Positions 7,310 to 13,470 of a DNA stretch of 13,470 nucleotides are shown piece by piece. Numbering within the stretch: position 1 is the stretch's first letter; each line of letters opens with the position of its first letter. The notes beneath the pieces were generated by a model. It was not told the origin of the DNA and ran no database searches. It worked only from the letters and a program-made list of their open reading frames with translations. The stretch comes from Oligoflexales bacterium (lineage in GTDB: Bacteria; Bdellovibrionota_B; Oligoflexia; Oligoflexales; CAIYRB01), in the NCBI GenBank assembly GCA_041736175.1, contig JBGSUI010000050.1:1-13470 (forward strand), read 5' to 3'. A program made the position numbers and the translations under genes.

Positions 7310-8227
7310 TTAAAATTCACTGTTCATTGCAAAATAAATTGCAGCAGTAATCTGGCTAAACGGCACACCTAGTGGCGACATATTTAAAGCACCATTCGAC
7401 TCAACATCCCAGGATTTAATACAATCGCCCTTATCGCTCACAAATAATTCTCGTGGGTATCTATTAGAGTAGAGAAAAGTTCGGTTGTTTTCGAACCTGA
7501 TCTTCCAAAAAACCTCGCCCATATTAATTCGAAAATACTCGGAAATGATTCTTTTACTTGTTGCTTTATCAATAATAGCGATGAATTGGAGAATCTCGGT
7601 GATGTCTCTGATGTCTTTTTCGTGGTTGCCATAAGCACCTCCAAAAAACATGCGCAAACCTCTGAATCTATTTTCAAGTTGGGAAATGAAATAGAATGCG
7701 TAGCTGTTAACACCATACCCCCAGTGCCCCACAGCCAAACCATCTAGAATTTTTTCTTTACCTTTCTCAGCTTTGAATACATGCACCTGATGCGGGAACC
7801 AACTATCAGCTCCGGGGGTTAACCAACGCAATTCATCAGAGTCGCGTTTTAACTCATCACTTGACCTGAGAATTTCGGGAAAATTAAATTTAAATGTTCT
7901 TTTGAACCACTCATAAAAATCAGGAAATTGGGGCAAAACCTTATGCTCAACAGCTGCATGGTGTAGTTTATTCTCCTGGAGGTGCACCAGCATATCGGGA
8001 TAGTCGCCATTAGCCTGGATGACTACCTTGATCGATGGAAGGTCTGCGACTTGCATGTTTGCAAGACTTTTTTGCCAAGTGGCGAGCATCCTGGTAACAC
8101 CCGCAGTATGCTTTTCATTAGAACTAAGTTCTAGGAACCACCCTTGATCTAAATTAGTTAATCCTACAATCTTTAGATCTAAGTTTTTTATTGATTGGTC
8201 AATAAATTCGCGGATTTTTTGTTTCAT
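7310..8227 (-). CDS. Hypothetical protein (305 aa)
   Basis: Within ORF 7310..8299. The ATG at 8227 follows GGGAGG. Contains a motif-like block GHWGYGVNSYAFY...FGGAYGN. Confidence 0.82.
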   Translation of the reverse strand: MKQKIREFIDQSIKNLDLKIVGLTNLDQGWFLELSSNEKHTAGVTRMLATWQKSLANMQVADLPSIKVVIQANGDYPDMLVHLQENKLHHAAVEHKVLPQFPDFYEWFKRTFKFNFPEILRSSDELKRDSDELRWLTPGADSWFPHQVHVFKAEKGKEKILDGLAVGHWGYGVNSYAFYFISQLENRFRGLRMFFGGAYGNHEKDIRDITEILQFIAIIDKATSKRIISEYFRINMGEVFWKIRFENNRTFLYSNRYPRELFVSDKGDCIKSWDVESNGALNMSPLGVPFSQITAAIYFAMNSEF

Positions 8228-8358
8228 AGCTTTCCTCCCGTTGAAGTTTAAATTAAAGACATTCAAGTTATCGGCGAGATTAGTGTCATAACAGGACAAA
8301 CGTCATTAACCAGAAGCGCCTCCTTTTTAATTTTGATCTCAATTGAACTAGGCGCCTG

Positions 8359-8382
8359 AATATTTAAGAATTCTTAAATATT
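8359..8382. promoter_or_regulatory. Perfect 24-bp palindrome, candidate operator or binding site
   Basis: AATATTTAAGAATTCTTAAATATT equals its own reverse complement. It is intergenic, ~130 bp upstream of the 8227 start. Function is inferred. Confidence 0.5.
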
Positions 8383-8436
8383 TTTCTCAAAGCTTATACG
8401 ATTGGAACCTATGAACAAACAATGTTTTCATATCGA

Positions 8437-9627
8437 TTATGATGGTGATCTCAATCCAACAGGTTCGACGGCAGCTTGGAGCCAAAACATGCCATGTTCT
8501 TTTGAATAAAACTTATCTGAACTGCTTTTAACACGATTAAAATAGATGTCTGCCAGGTAAGAAAAAAGACGTTGAGAACCCCATATCGCAGCATCACTGA
8601 GTAGAGTGATGATACGATCACTGACCGGAAACGAATCCTGATTCTCAATCAAGAGATCCGCGATATAATCCCTGGTAATACTATAACCTGACTCTATTGA
8701 GCGCTCCATAAGCTTAAGAACTTCATGGGGTCGATAGACGGGATCTGAACAGTGAAACAAAGAATACCCTTGATGACAAAGTGTCCCCGTGAAACCCCCT
8801 CTCTCTGCCTGCAGATACCACTGCTTCGCCGCACCTAGGTCAGAAGGTGTCCCCACACCCATAGCGAGGGAATCGGCAAGTAACGCTTGAGCCCATGCCT
8901 CACCTTGGGTGGCCGCAGCAAATAGCCATGGCGTTGCTGACTCGTGAGATTCCTGGACTATTTCAGGAATGGAAAATATAAGACGCCCCATTTCTCTTTG
9001 TGCCGCAGGAACTCCTACCAATGCTGCTTTTCTGATCCAAAGAATACCTTCTTTTATTGAAGATTCACTATTGCCTGGTCCATTGACCAATAGGACTCCA
9101 TAGGCAAAACAACCTTCGGGACTCCCTTGGAGGGCCATAGGTCGGACAATGTCTAAAGCTTTATGAACGCTCCGGGGAAAGGGAGCCCCGGTTACTTTGA
9201 GGAAGGCTACATGACAGGCCGCCATTGCCACCCAATTTTCTTCAGCCAGTTTTAAGTACTGCATCGCCTGATCGAGATCAGGTTTTATGCCCTGGCCATA
9301 AAGAAATGTTTCGCCAAGGCACAGCTGCGCTTGCCTATCAGCCCCCTTTGCAGCGGCTATCAAAAGTTCTAAAACGCGGTCCGTTAACCCGCATTTTCGG
9401 AGGTTTTGCTTACCAAGTAGAGCCAGATGATACTGTGCATAGGGTGTACCCTGATCAGCGGCTTTGGAGTACCAAAATGCCGCAAGATCTAAGTCTTTAG
9501 GCACTTCCTTTCCATGAAAATACCTATTGCCTAGGAGCCATTGGGCATAGGGAATACCCAACTCTGCTCCAGACTTAATGCTGTTAATACCCTTTCTTGA
9601 TCGCAGGGAGAGTCCTGACGTGTTCAT
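8437..9627 (-). CDS. Sel1-like (TPR/SLR) repeat protein (396 aa)
   Basis: At least 7 SLR units, e.g. AQWLLGNRYFHGKEVPKDLDLAAFWYSKAADQG, AQLCLGETFLYGQGIKPDLDQAMQYLKLA, AQALLADSLAMGVGTPSDLGAAKQWYLQA. The ATG at 9627 follows GGAGGT. No obvious signal peptide. Confidence 0.92.
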   Translation of the reverse strand: MNTSGLSLRSRKGINSIKSGAELGIPYAQWLLGNRYFHGKEVPKDLDLAAFWYSKAADQGTPYAQYHLALLGKQNLRKCGLTDRVLELLIAAAKGADRQAQLCLGETFLYGQGIKPDLDQAMQYLKLAEENWVAMAACHVAFLKVTGAPFPRSVHKALDIVRPMALQGSPEGCFAYGVLLVNGPGNSESSIKEGILWIRKAALVGVPAAQREMGRLIFSIPEIVQESHESATPWLFAAATQGEAWAQALLADSLAMGVGTPSDLGAAKQWYLQAERGGFTGTLCHQGYSLFHCSDPVYRPHEVLKLMERSIESGYSITRDYIADLLIENQDSFPVSDRIITLLSDAAIWGSQRLFSYLADIYFNRVKSSSDKFYSKEHGMFWLQAAVEPVGLRSPS

Positions 9628-9672
9628 AAAAACCTCCACTTGAATGTGATTGATGCATCAATTTTCTCATTC

Positions 9673-10044
9673 TTAATTCTGGGCAAACCTATAGACGGTC
9701 CCTCCCTCCAATGCGTTCAATAAGACTCTTGTCAAATCTTTCGTGTTTAAGTACCGATCAATAAATTTTATGGTAAGGTCGTCTAGAAAATAGTCGCAAA
9801 ATATAGGTATCTCATGGAAATTGTGTCGGAACTCCTGACACGACTGCTCAGCAGCTTCATATTCCCCTTGAATGACAACAATGGAATCGGGTTTTAATCC
9901 ACCCCTTAATACCTGCCTGGCTGAATGTAGGTCCCGAACGCCGATAGCAATACAACCTTCGCGGTCCAATTCCTTGACCATGCAAATACGGGCGGACTCT
10001 TCGTTGACTACGAGGACAACAATATTTCTTATTTCGATACTCAT
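9673..10044 (-). CDS. Stand-alone degenerate receiver (CheY-like) domain protein
   Basis: 123 aa: VLVVNEE...ELDREG...A.....ARQVL.....PDSIVV...EIPIF follows the receiver pattern, but the acidic pocket, the phospho-acceptor Asp and the KP motif are not canonical. AAGGGG lies upstream. Confidence 0.7.
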   Translation of the reverse strand: MSIEIRNIVVLVVNEESARICMVKELDREGCIAIGVRDLHSARQVLRGGLKPDSIVVIQGEYEAAEQSCQEFRHNFHEIPIFCDYFLDDLTIKFIDRYLNTKDLTRVLLNALEGGTVYRFAQN

Positions 10045-10128
10045 AATTTAGCCCCTTAGAGTAAAAAATCAAATTCCGTCAGGTCGATGCGCCATCTCGA
10101 TTTTGCAAACGATTGTTTTTTCAAAAAC

Positions 10129-10503
10129 AGTCTAGACCATACTCTTCTCGGAGAGATCATTGACAGCTAAGGTCAGGTTGACTTTAGTCAGCTATCCTTG
10201 TTTTATAAACAGAGGAACTCTGTGTTATAGAGTCATTGGAGGTTTTCCTCGAACGTTATCAGGGGTTAAGCAAAGCGGTACAACAAAAAAGGGTGCCGGG
10301 CTCATCCGACCGAAAATTTACCCTAAGGCTTTAGTGGTCTGTTAATACTGAGTTTTATGACAATGTCTTTAATGACCCAGACCTAAAAAGTCTTTGGTCA
10401 TTTGTTTAGAGATTTCCGCAAATGCAAGGCGGATACCAATACTAGGAAGAAGCTGGCTATGGTGATTGAGGAGCAACTGGAGAAACTGGATCGTGGCGTT
10501 TAG
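10129..10503 (+). pseudogene. Probable decayed gene remnant of unknown family
   Basis: Protein-like segments over three frames: SLDHTLLGEIIDS*GQVDFSQLSLFYKQ / EELCVIESLEVFLERYQGLSKAVQQKRV...TLRL*WSVNTEFYDNVFNDPDLKSLWS / LFRDFRKCKADTNTRKKLAMVIEEQLEKLDRGV*. Confidence 0.35.
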
Positions 10504-10594
10504 GCCATGCCGCTTTCTGCGGAGACATGATAGCGACGAGTATAGTAAAATTCAAATCGAAGAAATTATTATCAAATAAAAGCAAGCGACTACT

Positions 10595-11389
10595 TTACGC
10601 ACTCTTGCGTTGCATGGGATCCGCGTGACGCATCAGCTCCACAAACTTTGCAATCAACTCAACACTCCTAAGATTATAATTTTGCTGCGGATAGGAATCC
10701 CAGTCATCGATTTGGTAGTGAGCATTGAAAATATCAGAAATATGATGCCAAGGGATTTTGTTGTGCAACAACAAGAGGCTCATTGTGATCGGGACACCGA
10801 ACGTTCCATTCAATAGACAAAAACCAGCTTTCTCATAATCAGCAAGTGACTCCAGATATTTGAATAGACCCAATTGGAATTCTTTGCTACTGGGATCATC
10901 GCTGCCGCTGATCCCCAGCTCCTTGAGCAGCAAATGAGCCATTGCACGGTGTTCATGTAGACCAGGCCACGGACAAAAGGCCTCAGTGCAAGATCCTGGT
11001 CCTATGAGATGATCGGTTCGAGCCAAATTCTCAGCCAGAGCCAGGGTCACAAAGGGTTTGTCAACGATGCGGTCCCGATAAGTACAGTAGGCCGAATAAA
11101 ATCCAAAATTATTAACAGCATCAAGCTTGCCCGACTCCCACCACTCAACCGCAATTTCCTCTATAATTTCCTTGGAATGGCTCACAACAACATTGCCAAA
11201 ATGTGAAAGTGCTCCCTCAAGTATGTAGAGTCCGTTATCATTGATAATGTTAATGACTGGCTTTTTTAGCGGCTTTTTTACCGGCTTTTTTACTGCCTTT
11301 TTTACTGCCTTTTTAGCTGGCTTTTTAGCTGCCTTTTTTACTGCCTTTTTTACTGGTTTTTGCGAGGTTTTCTTCGCTAGCTTTGTCAT
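10595..11389 (-). CDS. Divergent ATP12-chaperone-like protein with an N-terminal histone-H1-like Lys/Ala/Pro tail (264 aa)
   Basis: The ATG at 11389 follows AAGGAGGT. N-terminus has KKPV/KKAV/KKAA/KKPA repeats. Body motifs SKEIIEEIAVEW, LESLADYEKAG..LL..TFG...MSLLLL and YQIDDW resemble ATP12 motifs (LAEAIAAEW; L..L..F.LAAL; WQIEQWG). The gene is confident; the ATP12 call is tentative. Confidence 0.7.
   Translation of the reverse strand: MTKLAKKTSQKPVKKAVKKAAKKPAKKAVKKAVKKPVKKPLKKPVINIINDNGLYILEGALSHFGNVVVSHSKEIIEEIAVEWWESGKLDAVNNFGFYSAYCTYRDRIVDKPFVTLALAENLARTDHLIGPGSCTEAFCPWPGLHEHRAMAHLLLKELGISGSDDPSSKEFQLGLFKYLESLADYEKAGFCLLNGTFGVPITMSLLLLHNKIPWHHISDIFNAHYQIDDWDSYPQQNYNLRSVELIAKFVELMRHADPMQRKSA
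11257..11362 (-). repeat. 12-bp coding tandem repeat (~9 units, KKxx tetrapeptides)
   Basis: Plus-strand units such as TACTGCCTTTTT, AGCTGGCTTTTT, AGCTGCCTTTTT and TACCGGCTTTTT. Confidence 0.9.
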
Positions 11390-11520
11390 AGTCGACCTCC
11401 TTGAGAATTTAGTACACCATCGGTGAAAATTGGATTTTCCTTTAGCTAAAACCTTAGGGGATAAGACTCCAATTCCTCTGGTATTTTCCCGAAACAGAAC
11501 TGAGTCGTGTTTCAATTCGC

Positions 11521-11682
11521 CTATTGCATTTGCACGTCAATCGTTGTGGCTAATGAAGTTTGTATGTGCATTGCTGGTTTTACCAGTAAAAGACCTTTGG
11601 TATCGCTGGGAATAAGCTGTGGCAGCTTGCTGCTAAACGGCTTTATGGTTTTCTCAACCCTTATGGTAAGTTTCCTGTCCAT
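11521..11682 (-). CDS. Possible small protein (53 aa), absent from the ORF track
   Basis: MDRKLTIRVEKTIKPFSSKLPQLIPSDTKGLLLVKPAMHIQTSLATTIDVQMQ*, with GGAGGT 10 nt upstream of the ATG. Confidence 0.3.
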   Translation of the reverse strand: MDRKLTIRVEKTIKPFSSKLPQLIPSDTKGLLLVKPAMHIQTSLATTIDVQMQ

Positions 11683-11867
11683 TGGACTTCAAACCTCCGA
11701 ATTCGATAGCTAAGGTCCAATTGGGAGGAAAGTCACGAAACCAGGCATTCTGACCTGAGAAAACTTTCTTTAGAGGTCGAGATGACCATAAAAAGCCCGG
11801 AAGATCAATGATTGCGTTATCAGTATTCAATATAAACGGGGTGTTATGGTCGAACTGCCCGAGCCGC

Positions 11868-11885
11868 ACCGGGTTAAAACCCGGT
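11868..11885. other. Short GC-rich hairpin followed by T-rich sequence (terminator-like or operator)
   Basis: ACCGGGTT-AA-AACCCGGT, then CCTGTTTTTATTCACATTTTTTT; ~80 bp upstream of the NERD-helicase start. Confidence 0.4.
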
Positions 11886-11967
11886 CCTGTTTTTATTCAC
11901 ATTTTTTTTAACTTTTGTGACGACTATGCCGAAACTGTCTCAGTAGTGCGATCATCTTGGGGGGAAG

Positions 11968-13350
11968 ATGGGACATGGTGCCAAAAAACGTATCGAAAAT
12001 CTTGGCGGATGTAAGGACGTCTTCGATATTCTTAACGCAAAAAATCAGGGGCCACGGTGCTATCCGCCATTTCCGATTTCTACCGGCAAAGGTGGTGATC
12101 GCGCTGAGCGTATTGTTTTTGGAACCTTAAGAAAGGACCTAGATGAAGGTTGGATCCTCTTTCATTCGTTTGCGGTCCTTAATAAGCCCAGTCCTGATCA
12201 CCCCGCAAAACCATGGCAAAGCGACATTGACTTTGTGATGCTCCATCGACAAAAGGGTATCGTAATTGTCGAAGTAAAGGATATTCCCCTGGAGGCAAAA
12301 TGGCAAAAAATCTATGCCTATTATAATACACAACCAACCGATGTTTTGGGAAAAATTGGCGGAGCATTGCGCTTTCTTAAAGGTCACCTCCAATCTCTCG
12401 GATGTAGGATTACGGACCGACAATTTGGCTCTGTGATTCTTGTGGCGATGCAAAACAAAAATCCACTTTCAAGGATACTTGACAACAAAATCCCCCTGGA
12501 ACTTGTGCCTGGGATATATCTCGACCATTTGCCGGTAATCATGCATAGAGGAGAGTTGGGAATCCCCTTTAGCGATGCGGTCTGGAGGCAGTTGACCCAA
12601 ATATTTTCGGAACAGGCCGAAAAGATCTATAAGATGGGAGCATTGACTGCTTTAGTCGCCAGCGATGCTCTAGATAGAGGTTTTCAAACCTTACAGACAC
12701 AACCTGAGTACCAGGAAACATACGAATTACTGAATTCAGAAGAAAACATCATCATTAAAGGCTTTGCAGGATCAGGAAAAACTCAGCTGATGTTGCAAGC
12801 CGTGGGGCGCATGTGTGAAGATCCCAATAAAAATGCGCTTGTGTTATGCTACAACGATCTCCTTGCTGATTGGCTAAAGACACAGCTAGAGTCCTTTAAA
12901 AATGTGGTTGTCTTTCCTTTCCTCAGGCTCTGCCAAAAACTAGCCGAGCAGATCGATCCCGCTTATGGGGAAATCCCTGAAGATGGCAAACGAGAATATT
13001 TTAAACAAACATTACCTTGGATTATAAAACAGGGCCTATCTGAAGGCCACATAACGATCCCCAGATTTACCGGTATCTTTATCGACGAATCCCAGGATCT
13101 TGACCTCAGCTGGGTCCCAACCATAGAAGCACTCACACAACCTTCGACACGGTGGCTCTGCAATTTTGACAAAAGCCAACTGTGGCAAGGGGACCAACCG
13201 ATACCCAGTGCCTATTTGACCGAAGACCACCCTTTCTTAAAAAACTTTCGAACAATCAGTTTAAGTAATAATTTGCGAAATCCTAACAACATCCGCAATG
13301 CTGCCCTTGAGCATCTGAAATACGTTGATAAACAGGAGTTTCCACTTTAA
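11968..13350 (+). CDS. NERD (PD-(D/E)XK) nuclease fused to an SF1/UvrD-like ATPase domain, C-terminally short
   Basis: NERD: G..AERIVFGTL...WILFHS...SDIDFVMLHRQKGIVIVEVK. Helicase: Q-motif EYQ, Walker A GFAGSGKT, motif Ia VLCYNDLL, Walker B IFIDESQD, motif III FDKSQ, motif IV LSNNLRN. The TAA comes ~22 codons after motif IV. Confidence 0.9.
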   Translation: MGHGAKKRIENLGGCKDVFDILNAKNQGPRCYPPFPISTGKGGDRAERIVFGTLRKDLDEGWILFHSFAVLNKPSPDHPAKPWQSDIDFVMLHRQKGIVIVEVKDIPLEAKWQKIYAYYNTQPTDVLGKIGGALRFLKGHLQSLGCRITDRQFGSVILVAMQNKNPLSRILDNKIPLELVPGIYLDHLPVIMHRGELGIPFSDAVWRQLTQIFSEQAEKIYKMGALTALVASDALDRGFQTLQTQPEYQETYELLNSEENIIIKGFAGSGKTQLMLQAVGRMCEDPNKNALVLCYNDLLADWLKTQLESFKNVVVFPFLRLCQKLAEQIDPAYGEIPEDGKREYFKQTLPWIIKQGLSEGHITIPRFTGIFIDESQDLDLSWVPTIEALTQPSTRWLCNFDKSQLWQGDQPIPSAYLTEDHPFLKNFRTISLSNNLRNPNNIRNAALEHLKYVDKQEFPL

Positions 13351-13470
13351 AATTATTTAAACCAATGATATCTTTTGATAAAATCCACTACAAATCCTCC
13401 GCTAGCATAAAATAAGGGTCTTTTTAAGGGCAGAATACCTATCGATTTTTATTGTATTATTTGCCAATTA

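Noticed and set aside
10230..10450. Stop-codon reassignment suggested by several in-frame TAG codons
   Set aside because: Intact genes here end in TAA, TGA and TAG (the LRV gene ends in TAG), and the remnants also contain TAA/TGA stops and frameshifts, so decay is the simpler explanation.
11257..11362. CRISPR array or phase-variable homopolymer tract
   Set aside because: The units are 12 bp, spacerless and in frame, encoding KKxx tetrapeptides.
3374..13230. Other short tracked ORFs nested in or antisense to the long genes
   Set aside because: They overlap well-supported CDSs and show no motifs or RBS support.

Overview
Bacterial accessory-type region with no rRNA, tRNA, CRISPR array or recognisable transposase/integrase. 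From 1134 to 11389 the intact genes all lie on the minus strand. In coordinate order they encode: a small Cys/His (zinc-type) protein; a receiver-ankyrin-SpoVK/CbbX AAA+ fusion whose receiver lacks the phospho-acceptor Asp; an acidic hypothetical protein; a CDKN3-like dual-specificity phosphatase that appears to start at CTG; a ~13-unit LRV/HEAT-like repeat protein; a hypothetical protein; a Sel1-repeat protein; a stand-alone degenerate receiver; and an ATP12-like protein with a histone-H1-like Lys-rich tail. A divergent plus-strand NERD nuclease-SF1 helicase ends right after helicase motif IV. The first 2.2 kb is rearranged: a decayed plus-strand gene, a 141-bp near-perfect inverted duplication (437-577 / 1671-1811) enclosing a GC-rich patch, and a REP-like long hairpin. 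Several gaps between genes look like plus-strand pseudogene remnants. All family calls come from motif recognition by eye; no searches were run.
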